DNA of 64,000 nucleotides from Glaucostegus cemiculus. Lineage: Eukaryota. This document shows, piece by piece, positions 51,928 to 64,000 of this stretch (position 1 is the first letter of the stretch; each line of letters starts with the position of its first letter). The notes under the pieces were generated by a model that saw only the letters and a list, made by a program, of their open reading frames with translations, ran no database searches and was not told where the DNA came from. The position numbers and the translations under genes are program-made. Location of the stretch: positions 18,476,001-18,540,000 of the forward strand of contig CDPCPM010000045.1 of the NCBI GenBank assembly GCA_976551045.1, in the 5' to 3' direction.

Positions 51928-52420
51928 ACACTGTGGGAAGCTAGAGAAGAAAACGCGGGAGCCATTGCTGAGATATATGCACCATCATTACGGATAGGTG
52001 AAATGCTGGAAGACTGAAGGGTGGATAATGTTGTGCCTTTATTTAAGATGGGCTGCAAAGTAAAACCTGGGAACTATAGACCAGTAAGCTGAACATCTGT
52101 GGTAGATAAGTTGGTAGAGGGAATTCTGAGGGATAAGATATACAAACCTTTGAAAAGATGGGTTGATTAGGGATAGTTAGCGTGGCTTTGTGTGCTGGAG
52201 ATCATGTCTCACAAATTTGATTGAGTTTTTTTGAAAAAGTAACCAAGAAGGTTGATGAGGGCAGGGCAGTAGACATAGTCTACATGGGTTTCGGTAAGGC
52301 CTTTGATAGTTTTCCACATGGTAGGCTGCTATGGTAAGTTAGCTCACATGGGATCCAGGGAGAGCTAGCTAATTGCATACTGAAATGGCTTGATGGTAGG
52401 AAGCAGAGGGTGGTGAAGGG
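51928..52420 (+). mobile_element. Internal CR1 RT fragment
   Basis: RTLWEAREE..NVVPLFKMG..PGNYRPVS..VDEGRAVDIVYMGFGKAFD, closely similar to ORF 56021-56497 on the opposite strand. Confidence 0.85.
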
Positions 52421-54261
52421 ATAATTTGACACAAGGAGAGGGCGGTACAAGGTAAGGGTGATACAGGATGAAGGTAGTACACGGAGAGGGTGGTGCAGGG
52501 AGAAAGGTGCAGCAACATGATGGTGTGGAGAGAAATTGGTGAAGGGTGTGCTTGTTTTTGGCTTGACTGTAATGGCTGAAAGGGATCAATAATTATTTGT
52601 TAATTTAGAAGTTTTAAAATTTTTGGAAGTTTGCAATAGTTGAAAAATGTTTTGACCTTTATGAAATTTCTTGACTTAAAATACATTCGTTGTTTTGAAT
52701 ATTTTTGAATATTACTGTAACATTCATGGACTTATTTGTGCCTGTTTTTTATCCCAACAGAAACTAAATTGCACTTCATTTTATGCGATTGCCTCAAGTT
52801 CCAGTGCAAGCCCTGGACTGTGAACCTCTAGACATGATTCACCTTGGTGTGAATGACATTTCCTTGATGTCACCAACATGCAGGATTCTTCCTCATTAAC
52901 CATTGAAATTGGTACACCAATGTACAGCTTATGTCCTGCACCTTGCACTCACTATTCAACAAGGAGAAATCCCCTCACTGTACCTGTCTAACTAGTCTTT
53001 GCATTGGTGATGAATGTATGGGTGGAATGAAGGAAAGGATGGGTTTTGAGCCATGACACAATATAGAAATGTTTCCATCCCCTGCTTTTCCCTTCTCTTC
53101 ATAGCAGCCTTTTGTACAGTTGTGGCTGCCAGGGAGAGATTACTCTAAGTCTCTGACTCACTTTCCATGAACTTGAGCCGCAATAGCATGGCAGCTGCAA
53201 TACCTGCAGGAATTGTGCCGGTCAGGGTCTGGTGAACCACAGTGGGACAAATCCAAACTAATGATTTTTTTTAAAGACAGACTTCACCAACATAACACTT
53301 TAAATGGGTTCCACAACTGGGCATTAGGGCTAAATGAAGCAAAATTGTAGTGTAACAAAAATGTGTGAATGCCAATTTCTAGGCAACAGTCTTTGATTGT
53401 TCCAGATAATTTCTGGCTGGGTGTGTGACTTTAGTCTGCTGTCAATTTTCTCCACTTTTGGGCGAGGCTTACTTTGGAGGCCCTACATTTAGTTCCTGAG
53501 TTGCTGTGAAATTCAGAAGCTCCCCACAAAGGACTGGACCAACTCTCCTGCACAAATCCCACTGAGGGAGTCAGGTCAGATAATCTTACTTGTCTTTTCA
53601 AGGTCAGTAGCAAGTACAGTTGCTGATTGCAAATTCTACCCCATGGGATGTGGGCATCTCTAGAAAGGCTGGTGTATATATTCCATTCCTAATTACGTTT
53701 GAGGAGGCTGTGGTGAGCTGTCTGCCTGAACCTGTGGAATATGTGTTAAAGATACTCCAGCAGTGCTATTAGATCACAACCCTGACTATCAGTAGTAAAG
53801 GAATGTACATGCTAGAATTCACTATCAATGAATATGAGCAAACTTGGTAAAATTCCTCTGCCTATTATTGTTTAATTACCCACCACAATTCACTATTGCA
53901 GATCTTTGATCAGATCCATTGGTTAACTTTGTTCTGCTGTGAAACATGCCAGCAGTCCTCTTTTGTAACTACACTAGGTTGGCATATCATTTTAAGTGTG
54001 CCTGGTGCTGTTCCTGGCATGCTGTTCTACACTTCTCTGTGAGTCATGTTTGGTCCTGTTGATTGATGGTCATGGTGGATTGAGGGCAGAATGTGCTACC
54101 TCCAGGAGGCTCAGAGTGCCTCGTGGGCATTCAGTCTTGAATCAGTAAATGTGTTCTGAATCTATCCCATTGAGCACAGTAGTAGTTCCATACAACATGA
54201 GGAATGTCCTTTGACTTAAATAGTTGGCCCCATCTTAACAATTGAAAAGATGATTGAAAAT

Positions 54262-57200
54262 CATAAAACTCCAGATGCTGGAACTGAAATAAAAACAGGA
54301 AAAGCTGGAGACATCCCAGCAGGGCAGGCAGCGCCTGTGGAAGGTGAAACCGAATTAATGTTTCAAGTCAATGACCTTTCATCAAGAACTGGCAATGTGA
54401 GAAAATAAGCATATTTTAAGTTGCAGAGTGATGAAAGGGTGGAAAGAAAAGGAATTCTCTGTTATAGGGTGGAAACCAAGGTTGTCCAGGTGAACACATT
54501 TGCTTTTTGTGCTGTTTAAGGGAGGGGAATGAATGAATCACAGCTGATCTGTCTGGAGGAGTGTACATAGAGGAAGATGAATGAGGGCAATGAGCAAGAA
54601 AAGAAAACATGCTGGAATTGAGATGCAGAATATAACAGTTACTTTAGTTCTATAATAAAAGAGAATGCTGGAAATGACAGGGAGATGATCCTACATCAGA
54701 ACTGCTAAATGCTGACACAAGCTGGAAAGGCTGGTTATCTGAAACCATTCAGTTCATTACCAAACCCCAAGGACAGTAGTGCGTGGAGAAGAAAGATGAG
54801 GCACTGTTCCTTGAGCTAATCTTGAGGGCTAATGGTGCCAAGGTCAGAGTGTGAGCAGGATGGAGGATTAGAATGACAAACAACTAAATGCACAGTATCA
54901 CCCTTCTGGATTGAATGGAGGTGTTCTGCAAACTGTCACCTAACCTGCACTTAGAGTCATAGAGTTGGACAGCACGGAAAAAGGCCCTCCGGCCCATAAT
55001 TGTCCATGCTGATGAAGTTAAATCCCATTTCCCAGTACTTGGCCCATATCCCTCTAAACTCTCATCATCCATCTACCTGTTCACATACTACTTAAATGTA
55101 TCTAATGTACCTGCCTCATCCACTTGCTCTGACAGTTGGTTCCATTTCTCTACCACCCACTGTGTAGAAAAGTTGCTCTTTGGGTCCTAATTAAACCTTC
55201 CACCTCTGACCTTAAAACTATGTCCTTCAGTTTTTGATTCCCCAGCCCTAGAAAAGAGACGGCTCACCCTATCTCATAATTTTATACACCACTGAGATCA
55301 CCCCTCAGTCTCCCTCTCTCCGAGGAGTAAAGGCCCAGCCTGTCTGACCTCTCACTATAACTCAGTCCCTCGAGTCCTGGCAACATCCTTGTAAATCTTT
55401 TCTGTACTCTTTCCAGTTTAATCACATCCTTCCTATAACAGGGTGACCAAGACTGAACACAATACTCCAAGTGTTGCCTTACCAACATCTTATACAATCA
55501 CAACATAACCTTGGCTTCTATATTCAGTGCCCTGACTGATGAAGGCCAGCATACTAAAAGCCTTTTTCACCAGCCTATATACCTGTGACTCCACTGTAAG
55601 GGAACAATGCACCATATTCCATGGTCACTCTGTTCTAAAACAGTACTCAGGGCCCCTCCATTCAATGTAAAAGTCCTACCTTGATTTGGCCTTCAAAATG
55701 TAATATATTGCACTTATCTGAATTAAATTCCATTTGCTATTCCTCAGACCACCCATTCATCCAAACAGCATCCCGCTGTTGTTCTTGAGACTCCTCTTCA
55801 CTGTCTATGACACCACCTATTTTAGTGTCATCTGCAAACTTACTAACAATTCTTCATATGTTCTCATCCAATCTTTAATATAGAAGACAGATAACAATGG
55901 GCCCAGAACTGACCCCTGGGGAACACCACTAGTCACAGACCTCCAGTCTGAGAAGCATCCTTCCAGCATCACTCTGTTTCCTACACATTCTAGCCAATTT
56001 TGTATCCAGATTGTTTGTACTTATTGGATGCCATGCGATCTAACCTTCCAGAGCAGCCTGACATGTGGCATCTTATCAAAAGCCTTAATGGAATCCATAT
56101 ATACTATGTCTACTACCCTCCCCTCATCAACCTTCTTCGTCACTTCAAAAAACTCAGTCAAATGTGTAAGACAAGATCTCCCATGAACGAAGCCTTGTTG
56201 GCTATCCCTAATCAATCCTCGCCTTTCCAAATGCAAGTATACCTTATCCTTCAGAATGCTTTCCAGCACCTTACCTACCACGGATGTTAGGCTAACAGGT
56301 CTATAATTACCAAATCTATCCTTATGGCCCATGTTAAATAAAGGCACAACATTTGCTATCCTCCAGTCTTCCAGCACCTCACCAGAGGATAGCAATGTTG
56401 CAAATATCTCAGCGAGGGCTCCCACAATTTCTTCTCTAGCTTCCCATAGTGTTCTTGGATATACCTCATCCAGACCTGGAGATTTGTCTACCTTCATACA
56501 TCATAACACATGCAACACCTCTCCTACTGTAAAATGGACTGCTCCCCAAACATCTCCATTAACTTTGCCAGTTCCCAAGCCCTCACATCTTTCTCCATGG
56601 TAAAAACAGAGGAGAACTCTGCGCATCTTCAGCAGCTCCACACATTTTGGTCTTTGAGGGGCCCTATTTCTCCTTAGTAATTCTTTTTCCCTTAATATAC
56701 TTAAAAAACCTTAGGATTCTCATTAATCTTCTCTGCCAAAGCCATCTCATGCCCCCTCTTTGCCCTCCTAATTTTCTTCTTGAGTATGCTCTGGCATCCT
56801 CTATATATCATCAGTGATTCACTTGATCCTAGCTGCCTGTGTCTGATCCAAGCCTTCTCTTTTTTCTTGACCAGAGTTACAATATCCCTTGACATCCAGG
56901 GCTCCCAGCTTCCAGCAGCCTTGCCTTTTACTTTAACAGGAACATGGAGTCCTTGAACTCTTGCTATCTCACTTTTAAAAACTTCCCACTTACCAGAAAT
57001 TCCTTTGCCTGCAAAAAACCTAGCCCAGTCCACCTTTGCAAGTTCCTGTCTAATGCCATCAAAATTCACCTTACCCCAGTTCAGAACTTGAACCTACGGA
57101 CTAGTTCTGTTCCTTTCCATAACTATTTTAAAACTAATGGAACTATGGACACTGGTCCCACAGTCCTCCCCTACTGTGACCTCAGTCACTTGCCCTTCCT

Positions 57201-58990
57201 TATTTCCCAGGAGTAGATCAAGCTTTCCCCCCTCCCTGACAGGGCCCTCTATATACAGTCCGAGGAAACTTTCCTGAACACACTGAATAAATTCCACCCC
57301 ATCTAGACCTTTAACACAATGGCAATTCCAGTCCAAAGTTAAAATCTCCTGTGATGACAACCCTATTATTCTTACTCTCCCCAGCTTCCCTGCACATTTG
57401 TTCCTCTAATTCCCAAGGACTGCTTGGGGGCCTATAGTACAAACCCAACAAGGGGATCATCCCCTTCTTATCTTCCAGTTCCACCCATAAAGCCTCATTG
57501 GATGATCCCAGATGATCCTTCAGTAATATCATCTCTAACCACTGCAGTGATGTTCCCCTTAATCAAACAAAAACAACTCCCCCTCTCCACCTCTATCTCC
57601 CTAAAACCACCTGTATCCCAGAACATTAAGCTTAAACTGCAACTCCTGCCCTTCCCTTAGCCGTGTTTCCATAATGGCTATACTGTCCCAATCCTACATA
57701 CTTATTCATGCCTTAAATTCATCCACCTTACCTGTCAGACCTCTTGCAATGAAATACAAATTAATCCAACTGACTTTCTTTACTCTTTGTTATAGTCCTT
57801 CCTATCCTGTCTGTTCAACTTTGCTATCACTGTCTTCTCTATCACTATCCTGCCTCTCAGCTTCCTCACTTCTACTTAGGATCCTACCCCTCTGCCAATC
57901 TAGTTTAAACCCTCTCTAGAAACACCAGCAAGTCTTCCTGCAAGGATATTGGTCTCCCTCCAGTTTAAGAGTAACCCAGCTCTCTTGTCAACCCTGCCCC
58001 CTCCACCAATTCTTCAGCCATACATTCATCTGCCATATCCTCACTAGTGCATGGCACAGGTCGTGATTCAGAGATTACTACCCTGGAGGTCCTGCTTCTT
58101 AACTTCTTCCCTAACTCCCTATATTCACTCCTCAAGATCTTATCCCTATTTCTACCCATGTCATTTGTGCCAACGTGCACTATGACTTCTGGCTGCTCAC
58201 CCTCCCTTTTGAGAATGCTCTGCAGCCACTCAGAGGCATCCCTGACCCTAGCACCAGGGAGACGACACACCATCCTGGATTCCCATTTGTGGCCACAGAA
58301 CCTCCTGCCTGTCTCTGACTATTGAGTCCCCTGTCACTGAAGTCCTATATGCTTTCACCCTTCCCCACTGTGCCTCAGAGCAAGTCATGCTGCCACAGTC
58401 TTGGCTACTGTTGATTTCTCTTGAAAGGACATCCCCATCCAAAGGTTTTCAAAATGGTACACATGTTTTTGAGGGGAATGGCCACAGGAGATACCTGCAC
58501 TCTCTTCCTCTCTTCCTGGTGGTCACCCAACCATCTGCAGCCTGAACTTTAGGAGTGACTTTCTCACTAGGGCTAACACCTATGATGCTCTCTTCATCCC
58601 GGATGATCCTAAGTACATCCAGCTCCAGCTCCAGTTCCTTGACCTGGTCATCCAGGAGCTGCAGCTGGGTAGGCCTCCAGTGCAGAAGAGGCCACAGTGA
58701 GTCTGTGAGTACTGACAGTAGTACACTAAGTTGGAATAAGTGTAAATAAACTTCTGCTTCACCTGGAGGCCATGGAAGGAAACAATGGCATGATGTTCAG
58801 TTGTGGGGTCATGGTCGACTGGAAGGTATGAGGAGGTATCTGAGAGCTGACATTTGGCCTCTGCGAAGTTGAGGTCAGTTCACCAAATTATGAGAGCACC
58901 ACCGTTGTTGGCAGCTTTGATGACAATATTGGGATTGGTCCTTGGTGACAGAGTTCAGGGAGGCATAGATTAGAGTGAGTAAGGATAGAA
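54262..58990 (-). mobile_element. Penelope-like element split by a CR1 insertion (54262-54951 and about 58673-58990)
   Basis: Right piece: QVKQKFIYTYSNLVY...CGLFCTG. Left piece: KCRLGDSLQN. Together these give the GIY-YIG region seen at 1200-1350. A terminal repeat lies at 54262-54392. Confidence 0.75.
54952..58672 (-). mobile_element. Near-full-length CR1 LINE, pseudogenised (ORF1 coiled-coil plus SGNH esterase, APE endonuclease, RT, tail)
   Basis: ORF track pieces: GDSIVR / LPGARVRD / VHVGTNDMG (esterase), LGLYYRPP..TGDFN (APE), DKSPGLD..NYRPVSLTSVVGK..QQGF..SCLT (RT), LVRQHLEYCVQSWSP. Tail ctctatgactct. Many frameshifts. Confidence 0.93.
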
Positions 58991-60199
58991 GAAAGTGAAA
59001 ACGTAGATGGGTAAGGGTGAAGTCTCAGTTCTTTTATTGGCCTAGTCTGGCAGCTGTGTCCAGTTAGTTTGTGGTGATGTTACCAAGTCAGTCTTGGTGA
59101 TGGACATTGAAATCCCTCATTCAGAGTTCAGAGTAAACACTTGAAACTTTCAGTGCTTTCTGTGAGTTGTGGTCAATATGGAGGAGACTTCAGCAGTAAG
59201 TATCATGGCCTATATCTGGCCTGTTGTCATGAAACTATATCTTATCTGTATGTGCCATCTGGCAAAATGACTTGGCATCATCAATAACAGTACGACATTT
59301 AAACTTTTGGAAGTAGTATGAATAGAAAGGATTCAGAAAGAGAAGCCTGGAGGACTCTGCCTGACATTGCCAACTACCTAAATAGAACATCTTCCATTTA
59401 TCAGCACCTTCTGCTTTTTATTTGAGCCAGTTTTCCATATAACTAGCCAACTTTCCATTAATTGATGAACTTTCAACTTTTTTAAAGTACAGGAAATTTT
59501 ATCAAAGGCTGCCTGGTAATCAAAAGTTAATTTTATAAATTGGGTAGTCTCATCTCCCAGATTAGGAAAGCATTCCAAGTAGAAGAGTGATTTTGACTTT
59601 CCAACCTGACTAGTCTAAGCCTATTGATGCCATGTGAATGTCTTTGGGGTGTTTATTCAGCAACAAAAGTGGTATTTAAATGCAAATTGCTGTCCTAGTT
59701 GCTATAGCTTGTGTAGTTTTTAAAGTAGCACTGTAATATTGTTTTCCACATTACAGGTGTTGGCTATCATTTCCAGGGTAATTCACACTTGTTTTTTGAA
59801 TACTTGCAATAATACTTGTGACCATATGATTTTCAGGTGCAGCTATGCTTCTTGATGTTTATCAAGCATGCAAAAATACTAACAATATTTCCTCCCATCT
59901 TTCTACAATAGGACGTTCTGCCTGGTTTCACCTCAAATCCTTCCCTGAGGTAATCAAGCAAAACTTTAGGATATCTGTTCAATCTGAATTTGTACTAGTC
60001 AGTCCTAACCAGTTGCATTCCCTTGGTCTCACAGCACCCAGGTCCTCCTGTTCCAGGGTCCTTGGCGTTACATTGCTAATTTAGTGTGCATGTGCAACAT
60101 CTAAAGTTTTACACAACGTTGTCTTACTGCTCTAACTGCAGTTTAAATGTGGAAGGTATTCTTTTCCACACCAATTGTCTTTCCTATTAAACACCATGA

Positions 60200-60352
60200 G
60201 CTAATCCAGGAATGCTTCTCCACAGGCTCTAGTCACTCTTATCTCATTGAAGAATCGATTAATTAAATCTAACCATTTTAAAAAGTTCTTACTTGGCTGT
60301 GAAAAGTTGAGATATCTTGAGGTCATGAGAGGCGCAATATAAATGCAAGCCC
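60200..60352 (+). mobile_element. Deu-SINE tail fragment
   Basis: 'aaaagttcttacttggctgtgaaaagttgagatatcttgaggtcatgagaggcgcaatataaatgcaag'. Confidence 0.55.
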
Positions 60353-61709
60353 TTTTAACCTGTAATGATTTGTTATCAATAAAAAAGATTGAAAAAGCCC
60401 TTTGTTTCTTTTCAGACTATTGGCTGGTTATTTCACAGTCACGGCCAAGCCCAATGCTCACATGGGATCCAAACACACATTTCCAGTAGAGGATAATGAT
60501 CAGGAACCAGGACCAAGATTTCCCCTTTAGTCCAGACATGCTGCATCAGTTTGTTGAGCCCCATTGGTGCCCATTCTGCAATTACAGAGTTCAGCACAAT
60601 CCTGGGAAAAAAGTTTGGAGCATTCTTTGTTAGTGCCAGAACCCATTGCACTTACCCACCAAGCCATTGGAAGTGCTTTGTGGAGCCTTCTTACATTCCC
60701 ACACAGGCTTCAATATGTTGGTGGTCAGATCATCTTTATGCTTCAAATGAAACAAAAGCAATTTTTGAAACAGCTCCCAGTATTTTTTTATAAGGATCAT
60801 GCATTTTCTTTTCCAGCACATTAAATTGAGGTAATGAGCTGTCAGTTCTGCTAAGTCAAACACCTAGTTACGTTTTGGGTGCAGACCAGAAATGTGGACA
60901 TAATTTTACCATAAGTTAAAAAAAACATTAGGAATAGCAAAATGAAAGGAAAACTGTCTTACAGTAATAACAACACTGATAAACTACATATTTAAATCAC
61001 ACCACTGCCTCAAGCATAATTTCCCTGCACTAGCACAAAAATCATTCAAAACTCGTTTGCTTTTGTGCTTTTCAAAATGTTGCTGTAGGCATTTCTATTT
61101 CATATAACATAAAAAGTAACTCATATTTTCAGTTTTCCTGTTCCTTTTATTTTTTTTCCCCCATGTCCATCGGCCCACATATCACATACAAGGTCGAATC
61201 AGGCTGGGTTCAGCCAACTTCCCCCAGACCTGTTACCCACGGTTCCTGCCCACCTATATGTATCTGGATTCAATACAGAGGACTGATTGAATTGACCTTC
61301 TGTATCCAGGAAATGAGTGCCAAGCTTGTAGCAAGGCCTCAATGATGAGTAGATCTTAGGTGGCATACTGCTATGATTACCCTGGTGTGAAGGTGTGCCT
61401 TGTGTTAAAACTGTGAAGGATTTGTAACAGTTTAAGTATTAGAGATTCACATTTGCCTTCTTTACTTCATTGCTCATTAGCTATTTGCATGTTGCAATGC
61501 CAAGGGCCTAATATCCATTTGAACAAGCATTTGGTGACTACAACAGCAAAACTATTTTTCTTAATGTAGAGAAAGGCAGAAAATAACCACATCCTGATAT
61601 CAGTGGAAATTATATAGGTCATATACAGTGCTAAACTGGATATACATCAACATGATATAAAGAATATAAAATAAAATGCTGACCTCACAAGCTAGGGATA
61701 TTCAAAGGG

Positions 61710-61998
61710 GCATAGAGAGCAGAAGAACAGGCCCTTTGGCCCACTGAATCCACATCGACCATCCAACATCAGTGTCACATTCTCAACAACTCCCCAAGAT
61801 TCTTGTATTCAACTACGCAATAGGGGCAATCTACACTGGCCATTTAACCCACCAATCCTCATGTTTTTGGGATTTTGGAGAAAACCAGAGGATCCAGAAG
61901 AAACCTGTGCAATCGCAGGGAGAACGTGCGAACTCCACACACAGCACCTGAGGCCAGGATTGATCTTGGGTCTCCAGCACTATGAGGCAGTGACTGTG
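61710..61998 (-). mobile_element. V-SINE with CR1 tail
   Basis: Tail 'aacaggccctttggcccactgaatcc', V domain 'ggagaaaaccagaggatccagaagaaacc...gggagaacgtgcgaactccacac', reversed B-box 'ggattgatc'. Confidence 0.8.
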
Positions 61999-62789
61999 CC
62001 CTATTTTAGTAGTATTCTTGTACTACAGATGCTTGCTTTCCCTTATCTGTCACATTAATAGCAAAAGGAAGCATTCCTGTTTATAACTTTTCCAAATTTT
62101 ATAGATTGACAACTATCAAATCCGTAAGTCCACTAATCAGTGATTGTCACTACAGCTCTCAGTCTGTGAACTGTCTTGACAAAGCAGCAGGTTATGGTCT
62201 AAAGTAAACCAATCGAGTAGCATATAGTGATCAATTATTAAAATCCTGAAAAATGCAGGGAATTGCACACTGCGAGTAATCTATACAGCTACAAACGTAA
62301 AATGCAACACATTATACATGAAGAGATATGATTAGATCAAAGTAAAATGAGACGGGCAGAATAATAAAAGACTTGTGTTGATGATATTTTCCATTCACAA
62401 TTATTCTTTGACATGGATGTTAATGTAACCAATAAACTTTCCCAAGACATTGGATTGGCAATGATAAAACTAAGAGAGGATGACCCAGTATTGGTGTCGA
62501 TTTCCTTTCAAATAAAGATACCTCAAAAGAAATGAATCAGTATTTGAGGTCTAGTATATTATTTCCCATTTTAGACAACAAATGTTAGTAATCATATGTC
62601 TTTTAAAGGATATCTGCAAGAGTACAGTAAATAACTATCAAAGTTTTGATGTCTCCACAGGAGTCCCAGCAATAACAGATAAGTAATCTTGATTCTTGAC
62701 TCATATTGCCTGACAAACAGTAGGCACAACTAGGAGGGAGGAAGATGACTGAATTAAACTTGGGCATCTAAGCTAATGCAGACACATGG

Positions 62790-62890
62790 AATCTAATGAA
62801 AGATCATTAACCTAAAACATTTATTTCCCTCTCAACAGATGCTGCCTGACTTACTGTTTCCAGAATTTTCTGTTATTATTTCAAATTACT
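62790..62890 (+). mobile_element. Penelope-type terminal repeat fragment
   Basis: 'ctaatgaaagatcattaacctaaaacatt...cagatgctgcctgacttactgtttccagaattttctg'. Confidence 0.65.
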
Positions 62891-63227
62891 TTACAGATCA
62901 ACCATGAAACAGTCAGCAGATTTTATATTTCTCAGTAAAATCTTCAGCCAAAAAAATTAAATTAGATGTATTGGAGAAGTGGTAGGCCACATGCATTTCA
63001 TGCTGAGAAACCTCATGAGAGATTGACATGATTAGGTTCAAGCACACCAGACACACAATAACGTTCCCTCCCCTCCCTAATGGGATATTCTTGCTCAGTG
63101 TATCCTGGATTGATCCTACAAAAGCTAATAATTCTGAAATGAAGTTATATGAGATTTCTGGAGATCAGTGAATTCAGAGCAACAACTGGCATTCATCCAA
63201 CCTCTTGCTGTAAAGGTGCAACAAAAG

Positions 63228-63880
63228 AGATTTATATTGAAATGGCACTTTTCATGGCTTTAGGATACCCCAAAGTGTTTTTGCAGATTATGTATATAAA
63301 GTTCTTTTGAAGTGAAATTGCTCTTGCAGAGTATTGTAGCGAGGCCCACAAATAGCAATGAGGTAAACAAAAACAAAAAAATAGAGGAAACTGGAGCAGG
63401 AATAGGCCTTTCAGCCCCTTGAACCTATTCTACTATTTGACAAAATCATGGCTGATTTTCTACCTCATCCTTAATTTTCCTGCTCTCTCACCATATTCAT
63501 TGATTTCTCTAAATCCAGAAATGCTTATTTTGAACACAATCAATGCCTGAGGCTTCACAATTCTCTTGGGTAGAGGATGTCAAAGACCCACCACCCTCTC
63601 CTAATACATTTTTTTGAGACTGTGACCTCAAGTTCTAGGTCCCTTGGACAGGGTAGACATCCAAAACACATCTACTCTGTCAAGGCCGTATCCTAACACG
63701 TGATCAGATCATTTGTTTCACTGGGATTCTTTGAGAGATGAATAATAACCAATACACAAAAGAGAGCTCTGCTGTGCTTCTGTACCTAGGGACCTTTTAT
63801 GTCTGGGCCACTGGTTAAACATCTCATCTGAAAGGTGTTATCTCTAGTGATACAGAGTTCCTTCAGAACAGCACTGAAAA
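63228..63880 (-). mobile_element. Deu-SINE interrupted by a CR1 3' fragment (about 63385-63690)
   Basis: Reversed tail at 63228-63362 ('tttatattgaaatggcacttttcatggc...cccacaaatagcaatgagg'), and reversed Deu domain at 63700-63880 ('ggttaaacatctcatctgaaagg'). Confidence 0.55.
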
Positions 63881-64000
63881 GTTGTGTTAAATTTTCACCA
63901 CCTTTTAATCCAGACAATGGTGCAATTGCTGAACTGGAGTTGGCACTCCTTTATATTATTTTTAAAGGTAACTTGGGCTATGTCTTTACAGAACAAATTG

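Larger units (their letters stand above)
53630..59280 (-). mobile_element. Old CR1/L2-group LINE split into 53630-54230 and 59000-59280 by nested insertions
   Basis: The right piece reads DFNVHHQD*LG (APE endonuclease) on the minus strand. The left piece reads VVWNYYCAQWDRFRT, the segment that follows APE. Confidence 0.55.

Noticed and set aside
54952-58672. Active CR1 or domesticated RT/esterase gene
   Set aside because: ORF1 and ORF2 are broken into many short frames, with internal deletions.
60417-60863. Protein-coding exon of a neighbouring gene (several overlapping 70-86 aa ORFs)
   Set aside because: No translation resembles a known protein such as RAB18, and the best splice-bounded interval has stops in all frames.

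Overview
Eukaryotic (vertebrate) genomic DNA. The repeat content (V-SINEs, Deu-SINEs, CR1, Rex1/Babar, RTE, Penelope) points to a cartilaginous fish, probably a ray or shark; this is an inference. The only host gene is a complete, spliced Mohawk homeobox gene (MKX, TALE/Irx-related) on the + strand. It has six coding exons (10862-11040, 13782-13941, 18279-18432, 25345-25674, 42754-42787, 42868-43054), giving 1044 nt / 347 aa with all GT-AG introns in compatible phase. Its 5' end lies in a roughly 13 kb CpG-rich domain, and it has a roughly 2.1 kb repeat-free 3' UTR. The rest is decayed retroelements. Highlights: a 292-bp solo LTR with a 4-bp TSD and a full set of promoter motifs plus a splice donor, pointing antisense at the MKX 3' end; several Penelope-type terminal repeats with degenerate minimal hammerhead-ribozyme motifs, including an inverted cluster just upstream of the homeobox exon; a three-layer LINE/Penelope/CR1 nest; V-SINEs with two different LINE-derived tails; and a frame-shifting 34-nt microexon gating the last MKX conserved motif. 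I found no wholly new system that I can prove from sequence alone.
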